From Acidobacteriota bacterium (lineage in GTDB: Bacteria; Acidobacteriota; UBA6911; RPQK01; CBDAPI01): DNA of 64,000 bases. The first letter of the stretch is position 1. Each line of letters starts with the position of its first letter. Location: positions 86,224-150,223 of the forward strand of contig CBDBHK010000020.1 of the NCBI GenBank assembly GCA_965205615.1, given 5' to 3'. The notes beneath the pieces were generated by a model. The model worked only from the letters and a program-made list of their open reading frames with translations. It was not told the origin of the DNA and searched no databases. Shown one piece after another: positions 12,784 to 21,490 of the stretch. Both the position numbers and the translations under genes were made by a program.

Positions 12784-13017
12784 CTATTCGCCGCCGCGTC
12801 CCTTGCGGTATTCCTCGAGCACCCTTTGCGCAAAACGCTTGAGTCCGAGCTTGGCGTGTTCGATCTTGGGTTGAGCCTCCCGCCAAGCCTGCTCGGCGTG
12901 GGGCCTGACTTGTTCTTCCAGCACCTGCGAGGCCTTGGCGCGAGCTTCCGGGTTATGGCGCAGTTCCTGGGCGGCGCGAATCACGAATCGGCGAAGAAGA
13001 TTCATCTCAGGATGCAT
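12784..13017 (-). CDS. small hypothetical helical protein (77 aa)
   Basis: Open frame with locus-typical GC bias, downstream of the SDR gene. No family recognised. Confidence 0.3.
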   Translation of the reverse strand: MHPEMNLLRRFVIRAAQELRHNPEARAKASQVLEEQVRPHAEQAWREAQPKIEHAKLGLKRFAQRVLEEYRKGRGGE

Positions 13018-13134
13018 CCAGTATAAGCGAAACTGGGCAGCTGACCTGCGTGTGGACCACCCATCCCTCCATCTGACCAGGGGAGGTCCATTCGTAGCTC
13101 CGAGGCCCAGTGCAGGTACCGTTTCTCCCGGAAC

Positions 13135-13911
13135 CTACTCGAAACTTTGAGCATCTTTGGCTTTTTCACCAAAGGTGATGGGCTGCTGTAGTTCGTGAGG
13201 TTCTTTGACCACCGTTCTAATCTCTTCCAAACCAACACGAAGATCATCGGCCATCACGTCAGGGTACACGTCTGCAATCCCCCGGATCACTGCGTCCAGC
13301 GCTGAATCGGCTATTTGAGCGGGTGGCACCTTGGGGAGGGTATCCGTTGTCGACATATCGGTATCCACCGGTCCCGGAAACACTCCAACCACCTGAGTTC
13401 CCTGGCGGGAGAGTTCGGCCCGAACTCCCAGAGTCATCGAGCGGGCGGCGGCTTTTGAGGCGCAGTAGGACCCTACAACCGGGAAGTTGACCAGGGAGGC
13501 AAGGGAAAGCACGTTGATGATTGTACCGCCGCCGTTTGCGGCGAGAACCGGCGCGAAGGCGCGGCACATCACCAATGTTCCAAAGTAGTTCGTCTCCATT
13601 TCGGTGCGAGCACCATCCAGGTTCTCTGCTCCGATCAGCGCGGCCCACTGGTTGACACCGGCATTGTTGACCACCAGATCGACGTCACCGCAGCGTTTCG
13701 CAGCGTCCTGGACCAGGTCAGGATTAGTGATATCCAAGGCAACCGCAACAATGCGCCCCGGATCATCTGCAACAAGGGAGGCCACGGATGTGACATTGCG
13801 CGCGGCGGCGTAGATTCTGTCCGCCCCGGCCTTCACGAGTGCCTCTACAAAAGCCCTTCCAATACCTCTGTTGGCACCTGTGACGAAGCCGACGCTTCCT
13901 TTGATTTCCAT
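13135..13911 (-). CDS. SDR-family short-chain dehydrogenase/reductase
   Basis: N-terminal VGFVTGANRGIGRAF, NNAG, and a YxxxK-type catalytic region SYCASKAA. Confidence 0.85.
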   Translation of the reverse strand: MEIKGSVGFVTGANRGIGRAFVEALVKAGADRIYAAARNVTSVASLVADDPGRIVAVALDITNPDLVQDAAKRCGDVDLVVNNAGVNQWAALIGAENLDGARTEMETNYFGTLVMCRAFAPVLAANGGGTIINVLSLASLVNFPVVGSYCASKAAARSMTLGVRAELSRQGTQVVGVFPGPVDTDMSTTDTLPKVPPAQIADSALDAVIRGIADVYPDVMADDLRVGLEEIRTVVKEPHELQQPITFGEKAKDAQSFE

Positions 13912-14127
13912 CGTGTTTGCCTAGCTGCTTTGGATGGCGCTTCCTGGGTCTTCTTCCTCCGCCGCAATTCCCTCCGGGCAGAGTCCGTCTGTTTCAACGT
14001 ATCAGCGATCGGTAAGAGTCGAGCAGCACGAATGCGCCCTCCCTTAGGCGGCTGGTCACTCTATAGGCAGCTCACATGAGCAGGACCAGTGGACACCCAC
14101 CTGAACCCACTGTCCAAATATACATAT

Positions 14128-14181
14128 ACGCCGGCTCCGCAGAGAAGAAGATTCTAGCACGCAGGGAGTTACAGGGCGGGG
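14128..14181. repeat. promoter-like 52-bp repeat, copy 2, upstream of the SDR gene; includes a 12-nt copy of the tRNA-Thr 5' end
   Basis: Near-identical to 5069..5122. No tRNA body follows it. Confidence 0.6.
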
Positions 14182-14203
14182 CCGACGCGGCTTAGCCGAA
14201 GGA

Positions 14204-14968
14204 TCATTTGACCCCAGTGGGCCGGCCCTTCGGTGGTGCTGGTGGAACATCCGGGGTGATCCTCTCAACCTCCTCCGAGATCAACTCTTCCACCTTCCCC
14301 CAGACTTCGGGGTCCAGCCCCATCCTGGTGTGGGCAACCCGAAACAGCTTCTTGAACCAGTGAACTCCGGACGTGTCGATCCTTTTTTCCCCGTAGTCGA
14401 ACAGGAAGTTCCCGATGATCTCCGTCTTCCCTGGGTCTTCAGCCTGGACGCCGGCCTGGCCACGAATGAACCAGCCGTTGGACTGGTACAGATTGGCGGC
14501 GCGAAGAACGTTAGGCGGAATCAACCTGTCATTCCGATCCACACTGTCGATCTGAATGGTCAGGAGCAGGGGAATCTCGAGCTGGTGAAGCTGCCGCGCC
14601 AGCTTCACGACCGCCGCCCCACCAAAACTCTGCCCATACACGACGATGCGGGCATTCTCTCTTTCCGGCTGGCTCAGGGCACCGTCGCTGTCGAGATCGA
14701 AGGCGGCTCTGATGAGACGGATGGCCACATTGCGCTTCGTGTTCTCAACGGTTTCCACCTGCACGGGGAGGCCCACGTCGCGCAGCCTGATGGCCAGCCT
14801 CCGAACGCCCTGGCGATCATCGTCCCAGGAATCCCGTCCCCCCATGAATCCCAGGACCAGCGTCTGGGAGGGTTGAATCGGAGTGGGGATCGTGAAGTCC
14901 TCAAAGGCCTGTCCGTGGGAGTGGAGAACACTCAGGAGCAGGGTGCCGAGCGCCGCGGCGGCGCTCAC
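14204..14968 (-). CDS. secreted alpha/beta-hydrolase (lipase/esterase-like, GQSFGG nucleophile elbow)
   Basis: Signal-peptide-like N-terminus MSAAAALGTLLLSVLHS and a GxSxG motif VYGQSFGGA. Confidence 0.65.
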   Translation of the reverse strand: MSAAAALGTLLLSVLHSHGQAFEDFTIPTPIQPSQTLVLGFMGGRDSWDDDRQGVRRLAIRLRDVGLPVQVETVENTKRNVAIRLIRAAFDLDSDGALSQPERENARIVVYGQSFGGAAVVKLARQLHQLEIPLLLTIQIDSVDRNDRLIPPNVLRAANLYQSNGWFIRGQAGVQAEDPGKTEIIGNFLFDYGEKRIDTSGVHWFKKLFRVAHTRMGLDPEVWGKVEELISEEVERITPDVPPAPPKGRPTGVK

Positions 14969-15528
14969 CCTTTGGCCCGCTCCAGATAACGTCCTTCCTG
15001 AGGATCGACCCGAACCACTTCTCCAACCGAAATAAAGGGAGGGACTTGAATCACAACACCTGTCTCCAGGGTCGCTGGCTTGGGTGAGTTGCTGGCTGTG
15101 GCTCCTTTGAGCTCGGGCTCGGTCTCCACAATTTTCAGTTCCACCACCGGAGGGAGTTTAAGCCCGATGGGGGATCCCTCGTAGAACTCCACCTCGAGCT
15201 GCTGGCCCTCTTTCAAATAGTCCTTGAAACCTCCCAGGGCACCCTCATCGACGGCGGTCTGCTCATAGGTTTCGATGTTCATGAAATGGAAAAGGGCGCC
15301 GTCCGTGTAGAGGTACTCCATCTGGTGCTGTTCCAGTGTGGCTCTTTCTATCGACTCCTGGGAGTTAAAGCGTATTTCGTAGGAGGAGCCTGTTTTCAGA
15401 TTGCGTAGACGAGCTCGCACGATGGCCGCACCCTTGCCTGGCGTCCGGTGCTGGAAATCGAGAACCCGGTGGGGCTCTCCCTTATAAAGAATGATGTTCC
15501 CTTTTCGGATTTGAACAGCTGAGATCAT
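14965..15528 (-). CDS. efp: translation elongation factor P
   Basis: 187 aa. MISAVQIRKGNIILYKGEPHRVLDFQHRTPGKGAAIVRARLRNLKTG is the canonical EF-P N-terminus. Confidence 0.9.
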   Translation of the reverse strand: MISAVQIRKGNIILYKGEPHRVLDFQHRTPGKGAAIVRARLRNLKTGSSYEIRFNSQESIERATLEQHQMEYLYTDGALFHFMNIETYEQTAVDEGALGGFKDYLKEGQQLEVEFYEGSPIGLKLPPVVELKIVETEPELKGATASNSPKPATLETGVVIQVPPFISVGEVVRVDPQEGRYLERAKG

Positions 15529-15547
15529 GGGGGGAATAAGATAGCAG

Positions 15548-15577
15548 GGTCCAGGTTTCAGGTTCCACGTTCCACGG
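15548..15577. repeat. GGTTYCAYG tandem octamer motif, site 1
   Basis: CCAGGTTTCAGGTTCCACGTTCCACGG lies between the stop of the PQQ-repeat gene and the efp start. Confidence 0.5.
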
Positions 15578-17107
15578 CTAGAGAACCGGCATCTCGTAGC
15601 AGGCCGCTTCGCGGTCGGTTCTCACCAGCAGGAAGCGCCCGGCCAGTGCAGGGCTGTTCCAGGTCTTGCCCTCGAAAACGCGAAAACGCGCCACTTCCGT
15701 CAGCCGCTCAGGAGTCGGCTCGATCAAGGCGATCTCGCCCTTTTCCGTCTGCACCAGCAGATGCGAACCGACGAGAAGCATCTGGCCGTGCCCATAGCGA
15801 CCCCGCTTCCACATTCGCTCACCGTTTTCAGGATCAAGACAGACCAGGACCCCGTCATCCAGGCCGTAAACATACCCCTCATGGTAAACGATGTTGGCAA
15901 ACTTGGACTTCATGCGGGGGCTTTTCCACAGGAGTTCAACCGAGAGTCCGGACTCGTGAGTGGACCGAACCCTGAAGAGTCTGGCACCCACACCATAACC
16001 ACTGGAAGCCAACAGTCGGTCGCCCGGCAGCGGCAGCGGCTGCATCACGTTGGGCTGCGACCCGGGCCACGGCTCTTCCCACACAACCCGGCCAGTCTCG
16101 GGATCGTGAGAGGTGAGGCTGTTCCGGTTGAAGCTGATGACCTGGGGAACGCCGGCCAGCCACATAAGCGTGGGGGAACTGTAGCCGATCCGGTCGTTGC
16201 CTCCTGACCACAAGAGTTTCCCGGAGTCGCGGTCATAGGCGACCAGCAGCTTTCCTTCCCCTCCGGCCGTCACGATGACCCGGTCTTCGAGGACCAGGGG
16301 AGAGGCCGTGTAACCCCACTCGGGAACCGAGCTGCCGTTTGCTTCAAGCACATTCCGGCTCCACCTGACGGCACCGGTCCGGAGATCCAGGGCGTTTAGA
16401 AGACCGGTGCCTCCCGTGGTAAAGACCACTTCTCCATCGATGGTGGGCGTGGACCGTGGGCCGGTGCCACCGAGCGAATCGTGAAAGCGGGCCCGATCCT
16501 CATGGGCCCAGCGAACCTCTCCGCTGCCCAGATCGTAGGCCACGACAAGCTCCTTTTTCTTGCGTTGCTCCAGGGTGATGGCCAGGTCGCCGACCACCGC
16601 AAATCCGGACCAGGCCGACCCCACCGGCCGCCTCCAGATCTCCCGGGGAGCGACCGCCGTCCAGTCTGTCTGCAATTGCACGCTTCGGATGGTGGCATTC
16701 CGGTCAGGGCCAAGAAACTGCGGAAAAGCGTGGTCGCGACCAACCTGCAACGGCTCAGACCGGTCCCCGGCCACCCGAGCCTCTGTGAGACCCGCCTCCC
16801 AGCGCCAGGCGAGAATGGGCATCATGTCTCCGTTGACTCCCCGAACGCGCACCAGATTGACGGACAGCACCACCAGAACCACCATCACTCCCAGCCCGGC
16901 CAGTCGCTGGCGGCCGGTCAGGCGGGAGAAGAAAAGGAACCACACCAGAAGCAGCAGCGAGGTGACGAGTAACAGGAAGACAGAGGACATAAAGCGGTCC
17001 TGGCGAATTCCGGCCTTCAGGAACCAGGCCCAGATCTGGGAGGCAGCCGCCAGCGCCAGAATAGCCCAGGCCGGCCACCAGCGAATACGTCTTCCGGTCG
17101 GATTCAT
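15578..17107 (-). CDS. PQQ-like beta-propeller repeat protein with an N-terminal membrane anchor
   Basis: Repeated WxxxxGxxxxSPxV-type blades (WSRNVLEANGSSVPEWGYTASPLV, WAHEDRARFHDSLGGTGPRSTP). The likely start MNPTGRRIRWWPAWAILALAAA is followed by TM helices. The ORF-track 5' extension to 17452 is probably untranslated. Confidence 0.7.
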   Translation of the reverse strand: MNPTGRRIRWWPAWAILALAAASQIWAWFLKAGIRQDRFMSSVFLLLVTSLLLLVWFLFFSRLTGRQRLAGLGVMVVLVVLSVNLVRVRGVNGDMMPILAWRWEAGLTEARVAGDRSEPLQVGRDHAFPQFLGPDRNATIRSVQLQTDWTAVAPREIWRRPVGSAWSGFAVVGDLAITLEQRKKKELVVAYDLGSGEVRWAHEDRARFHDSLGGTGPRSTPTIDGEVVFTTGGTGLLNALDLRTGAVRWSRNVLEANGSSVPEWGYTASPLVLEDRVIVTAGGEGKLLVAYDRDSGKLLWSGGNDRIGYSSPTLMWLAGVPQVISFNRNSLTSHDPETGRVVWEEPWPGSQPNVMQPLPLPGDRLLASSGYGVGARLFRVRSTHESGLSVELLWKSPRMKSKFANIVYHEGYVYGLDDGVLVCLDPENGERMWKRGRYGHGQMLLVGSHLLVQTEKGEIALIEPTPERLTEVARFRVFEGKTWNSPALAGRFLLVRTDREAACYEMPVL

Positions 17108-17188
17108 TTCGGTTCCTTCACTCCTGGCAGTGCCCGTAGCGGAAGTCCCGGGGACAGCCTGCGGGGAAATGGTACACCACACGGCCCC

Positions 17189-17974
17189 ATGGACGGGTGG
17201 TCCCGACAGCGCTATGCTGGCTTCATGATCGCTCAGCGTTCGCCGGTTCGGTTGCTTCTTAGCCGATACATCCTCCACACGGCATTTCCCTTGAGCCTTG
17301 TCGTGACCCACACTGCCTCGTCCGGCCAGTGGGTCTGGGGACAGGAAACGGACGCCACCGCCGAGATTCGTGAACCCCTGGCGGACGCGGATGTGGACAG
17401 CTACATCAAACGCTTCGAAAGAGACGGCCGGGAAGTATTCGACAAGCGTCACAAGATCGTCGAAGCCTGTCTGCTCAAAGAGGGGATGGCGGTCGCCGAC
17501 ATTGGTGCCGGCACCGGGTTTATGACCCGGCTTTTTTCAAAGGCAGTCGGGAACACCGGGACCGTATGGGCCGTCGACACCTCAGAGGAGTTCATCGAGC
17601 ATATCCAGGAGTCGGCCAGGAACGAAGGTTTATCCAATATTCGTGGACTTGTGTGTGCCCGGGATGACACCAGACTTCCCCCCGGCTCCATCGATCTGGC
17701 CTTCATCTGCGATACCTACCATCACTTCGAGTCACCCGCCAGAACCATGGCTTCCCTGTACCGGGCGCTGCGCAAGGGCGGTCGCCTGATCGTGATCGAC
17801 GATGACATCCGGGAAGGCCAGACCGATGGGTTGCCTCCCGATTCCGTGAGGGCCGACACCGGGACGGTCATCCGGGAGATCCAGAGAGCCGGATTCGGGA
17901 TGGTCGGAGACGCTAACTTTCTGGATGGCAAGTACTTGCTCCGTTTCTTTAAGGTCGAGCCATCGAAAAAGTGA
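17189..17974 (+). CDS. class I SAM-dependent methyltransferase
   Basis: VADIGAGTGFMTRLF ... LAFICDTYHHF ... GGRLIVIDD. Confidence 0.7.
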   Translation: MDGWSRQRYAGFMIAQRSPVRLLLSRYILHTAFPLSLVVTHTASSGQWVWGQETDATAEIREPLADADVDSYIKRFERDGREVFDKRHKIVEACLLKEGMAVADIGAGTGFMTRLFSKAVGNTGTVWAVDTSEEFIEHIQESARNEGLSNIRGLVCARDDTRLPPGSIDLAFICDTYHHFESPARTMASLYRALRKGGRLIVIDDDIREGQTDGLPPDSVRADTGTVIREIQRAGFGMVGDANFLDGKYLLRFFKVEPSKK

Positions 17975-18193
17975 GTACGGATTTCGGGGCCCTTTCCCCC
18001 GAAACTCTCCACAAAACCCGACTCTCCCGGAAGTCGTGACGGCCGTCACTGACGGGTACGTCACAATAAGTTGCACTCTCTATATTGTGTGTGATATTTC
18101 CTAGATTAGGATTAAACGTAAGACAACGAATGTAACCAAGTTAGGTCAATCAAGAGTCTCCGTTAATCTGTACACACCCTCCATTTAAGAACT

Positions 18194-18224
18194 GGCGGAG
18201 CAGCCCCCTCCGCCGGTTTTTTTT
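18194..18224 (+). terminator. intrinsic terminator hairpin
   Basis: GGCGGAG-cagcccc-CTCCGCC stem-loop followed by GG and T8, about 220 nt downstream of the methyltransferase. Confidence 0.55.
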
Positions 18225-18257
18225 GCCTCTTCAGCTCCGGGCCCGGAGACCCTGGCG

Positions 18258-18288
18258 AGATCCGCCGGTTCCAGGTTCCACGTTTCAC
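18258..18288. repeat. GGTTYCAYG tandem motif, site 2
   Basis: CCGGTTCCAGGTTCCACGTTTCACGAACGG, about 75 nt upstream of the DUF885 gene. Confidence 0.5.
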
Positions 18289-18360
18289 GAACGGGGCCCT
18301 CCCGAAGCATCCACGCCATTTCTGCTATAAACTCCTTGCTCGACTCAAGGAGGGACCTCG

Positions 18361-20115
18361 ATGCTCAACAAGGTGACGTTTTATGCCCTGCTCTTGAGCC
18401 TGGCTGGCTGCTCGTCGGATGGAGCCGGCCCCGCCGGGGAGTTGCACCGACTCTTTGAGGAAGAGTGGGAGTTTCGACTGAGAGAAGACCCCCTTTTCGC
18501 CACCTTTGCCGGCGTGCACGACTTCAATGACCGGCTCACCGACGTCAGCAGAACAGCCCATCAGCGGCGCGCCGCTTATCTGGAGAAACTGCTGGAGCGA
18601 CTGATCCGTATCGACCGGGATCGACTCAGCCGCCAGGACCGGATCAGCTACGATGTCTTCAGGCTTCAGCTCGAAAACCGCATCGCTGACTTCCACTATC
18701 GCACTTACCTGATCCCGATTCTGGCCGACGGCGGCTTCCATACCGACTTCGCGCGTCTTCCTGAAAACGTCCCGCTGGTGACCGTGCAGGACTACGAAAA
18801 CTACATCCTTCGTTTACAGGCGTTCCGCCACTACGCCGGCCAGCACATTGAGTTGATGCGCGAGGGTTTGCAGACCGGTTTCACCCAGCCGCAGATCATC
18901 CTGGAGGGGTACGAGGGATCGATCCGGGCTCAGGTTCGGGAGGATCCCGCCGAGAGCGTTTTCTACGAGCCTTTCCGAGCTTTTCCGGCAACGGTCCCGG
19001 AAAACCAGCACGAGCGACTTCGGGCGTCCGGGAAGGGCGCCATTCGGGAGTCGATCGTGCCGGCCTACCGGGAGTTCCTGGACTTCATGGTCGAGGAGTA
19101 CCGACCCGGAGCACGCACCTCCCTGGGGGCCTCGGAGCTTGTCGATGGTCGCGACTACTACACTTACCTGATTCGCCGTTTCACCACTCTGGATTTACCC
19201 CCCGATGAGGTCCATCAGATCGGTGTCGCCGAAGTGGCTCGAATCCGGACGGAGATGGACGAGATCATCCGGGATGTAGAATTCAAGGGCGATTTCGCGG
19301 CTTTTCTCGATTTTCTGCGCACCGAGCCCCGCTTTTACACTAAGACTCCCCAGCAACTGCTCAGGGAAGCATCCTTCATTGCCAAGAAGATGGATGCCCG
19401 GCTCCCGGCCCTTTTCAGGACCCTTCCCCGGCTTCCCTACGGCGTGGAGCCGGTCCCTGCTGCCATCGCTCCCAGGTACACCGCAGGCCGCTATGTCACT
19501 GCTCCCATCGGCAGCGCACGTCCGGGGCTTTACTGGGTCAATACTCATGCCCTCGAGAGCCGCCCACTCTATACGCTCGAGGCGCTCACGCTCCACGAAG
19601 CCGTACCGGGTCATCACCTGCAGTATGCCCTCCGACAGGAGCTGACGGACCTCCCGCATTTCCGCCGGTTTTCGAACTTCAACGCCTTTGGAGAGGGGTG
19701 GGCCCTCTACTCTGAGCGGCTGGGGCTGGAGGCCGGGTTTTACACCGACCCCTACAGCAATTTTGGGCGCCTCACCTACGAGATGTGGCGGGCCTGCCGG
19801 CTCGTGGTGGACACCGGGCTGCATGCCAAGGGCTGGACGCGCCGGCAGGCGATGGACTATCTGGCGGCCAACACGGCCCTGTCCCTTCACGAGATCCGCA
19901 CCGAGACCGACCGCTATATCTCCTGGCCCGGCCAGGCTCTCGCCTACAAGATGGGTGAGTTGAAAATACGAGAACTGCGGGCAAAGGCAGAAGAAGCCCT
20001 GGGGGAGCGCTTTGACATTCGGGACTTCCATGACGCGGTGCTCCTCAACGGTTCGATTCCACTGTCCGTGTTGGGTGATCAGATTGATCTCTTTATCGAG
20101 CAAAGGATGAAATAG
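18361..20115 (+). CDS. DUF885-family lipoprotein (putative metallopeptidase-like)
   Basis: Lipoprotein signal LLLSLAGCSS. Length ~580 aa. HEAVPGHHLQ motif typical of DUF885. Confidence 0.8.
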   Translation: MLNKVTFYALLLSLAGCSSDGAGPAGELHRLFEEEWEFRLREDPLFATFAGVHDFNDRLTDVSRTAHQRRAAYLEKLLERLIRIDRDRLSRQDRISYDVFRLQLENRIADFHYRTYLIPILADGGFHTDFARLPENVPLVTVQDYENYILRLQAFRHYAGQHIELMREGLQTGFTQPQIILEGYEGSIRAQVREDPAESVFYEPFRAFPATVPENQHERLRASGKGAIRESIVPAYREFLDFMVEEYRPGARTSLGASELVDGRDYYTYLIRRFTTLDLPPDEVHQIGVAEVARIRTEMDEIIRDVEFKGDFAAFLDFLRTEPRFYTKTPQQLLREASFIAKKMDARLPALFRTLPRLPYGVEPVPAAIAPRYTAGRYVTAPIGSARPGLYWVNTHALESRPLYTLEALTLHEAVPGHHLQYALRQELTDLPHFRRFSNFNAFGEGWALYSERLGLEAGFYTDPYSNFGRLTYEMWRACRLVVDTGLHAKGWTRRQAMDYLAANTALSLHEIRTETDRYISWPGQALAYKMGELKIRELRAKAEEALGERFDIRDFHDAVLLNGSIPLSVLGDQIDLFIEQRMK

Positions 20116-20123
20116 GTGACGGG

Positions 20124-20160
20124 GTTCCGGTTCCAGGTTTCATGTTTCAGGTTTCATGAT
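20124..20160. repeat. GGTTYCAYG tandem motif, site 3
   Basis: GGTTCCGGTTCCAGGTTTCATGTTTCAGGTTTCATG between the DUF885 stop and the tctC start. Confidence 0.5.
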
Positions 20161-20178
20161 CTCGTGTACGCGCTCCTG

Positions 20179-21483
20179 ATCCTGATAGTGTTCACCGGTT
20201 GCGTGAGCCGGTCTGACTACCCGAACCAGCCCATTACCCTGGTCTGTCCCTGGGCTGCCGGGGGCGGGACGGATCGAATCTCGCGACTGGTGGCCCTTTA
20301 CCTCGAGGAAGACCTGGGGGTACCGGTCAATGTCGTTAACGTCACGGGTGGCGGAGGGGTGACCGGACACCGTTACGTGGCCAGATCCCGGCCCGACGGC
20401 TACACGCTGGGGATGATGACCGTCGAGCTGAATATGCTTCACTGGCGCAATCTTACACACCTCTCCTGGCAGGACTTTCAACCGGTTGCCCTCATCAACC
20501 AGGATGCGGCCGCACTTTTTTCGCTGGAGGGGGAACAGCGCTGGACCGACCTGGCGAGCCTGACCCGCTACATCGCGGAAAACCCGGGAAAGCTGACCGC
20601 CTCGGGAACAGCCACCGGAGGAATCTGGCATCTGGCTCTGGCCGGATGGATGGATGCCGCGGGGTTGAAGCCGGACATGGTCCGCTGGGTTCCGATGACG
20701 GGGGCCAATCCCTCCCTCCAGGAACTGGTCAGCGGCGGTCTGGACCTGGTGAGCTGCAGTCTCCCGGAGGCCCGTGTGCTGATGCAGTCCGGCCAGGTGC
20801 AGAGCCTGGGGGTCATGGCCGACCAGCGTTCTCCCGGTTACGAAGACGTTCCGACTTTTCGGGAGCTGGGTTCAGACTGGAGCCTGCAGGCCTGGCGGGG
20901 AATCGGACTGCCCGCCGGCACTCCTCTCGCCACCACCCGGAGAGTCCTCGGTTCTCTGGAGAAGGCTTTTCAAGGCCGCACTCTCGTGAACCGGAAATCC
21001 CTACCCGAGATTCTGAAGGATCAGGGCTTCAATGTGAGCTGGGCGCCGATCGAGGAGTTCGAAGCCATTCTTGTGAGGGTCGATCGGGACCTGGGGCGTT
21101 TACTGGACGCAAAACGGTTCGAGAGCTTGCAACAAGGATCGATTGGTCCTCTGGTCTTCCCGATTCTGACTGCCCTGGCACTGTTGACGGCACTGGTGAT
21201 CGGTTGGTTCCGCTCCTCTTTCGTTTCTTCGCCCTTTCCGACAAGCCCCGGGGGGCTGCGGACCTGCCTGGAAATCGGGCTCCTGCTCGGTCTCTTTCTG
21301 GCGGTGGTGGAGTGGACAGGGTTTCTCCCGGCGGGAGCCCTGCTGCTGTTTCTGGCTTTGTGGAGACTGAAAAACCGGTGGTGGGTCAGTGCGGTGGTTT
21401 CCCTGGTGAGTGTTTCTGTGGTCTACGAGCTTTTTGCGAAGCGCCTTGGAGTTGTCCTGCCGCGCGGATGGCTGGGATGGTGA
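20179..21483 (+). CDS. tripartite tricarboxylate transporter substrate-binding protein TctC (Bug family) fused to a TctB-like small membrane component
   Basis: Lipoprotein-like start LLILIVFTGC. The Bug-family body runs to ~aa 330. A C-terminal ~100 aa forms 3-4 TM helices (LVFPILTALALLTALVIGW..., LLLGLFLAVVEW...). The start is assigned to a GTG. Confidence 0.7.
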   Translation: MLIVFTGCVSRSDYPNQPITLVCPWAAGGGTDRISRLVALYLEEDLGVPVNVVNVTGGGGVTGHRYVARSRPDGYTLGMMTVELNMLHWRNLTHLSWQDFQPVALINQDAAALFSLEGEQRWTDLASLTRYIAENPGKLTASGTATGGIWHLALAGWMDAAGLKPDMVRWVPMTGANPSLQELVSGGLDLVSCSLPEARVLMQSGQVQSLGVMADQRSPGYEDVPTFRELGSDWSLQAWRGIGLPAGTPLATTRRVLGSLEKAFQGRTLVNRKSLPEILKDQGFNVSWAPIEEFEAILVRVDRDLGRLLDAKRFESLQQGSIGPLVFPILTALALLTALVIGWFRSSFVSSPFPTSPGGLRTCLEIGLLLGLFLAVVEWTGFLPAGALLLFLALWRLKNRWWVSAVVSLVSVSVVYELFAKRLGVVLPRGWLGW

Positions 21484-21490
21484 ACCCTTG

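Noticed and set aside
14330-14989. 219-aa plus-strand ORF opposite the secreted hydrolase gene
   Set aside because: It is fully antisense to a gene with a signal peptide and a GxSxG motif. No motif was recognised.
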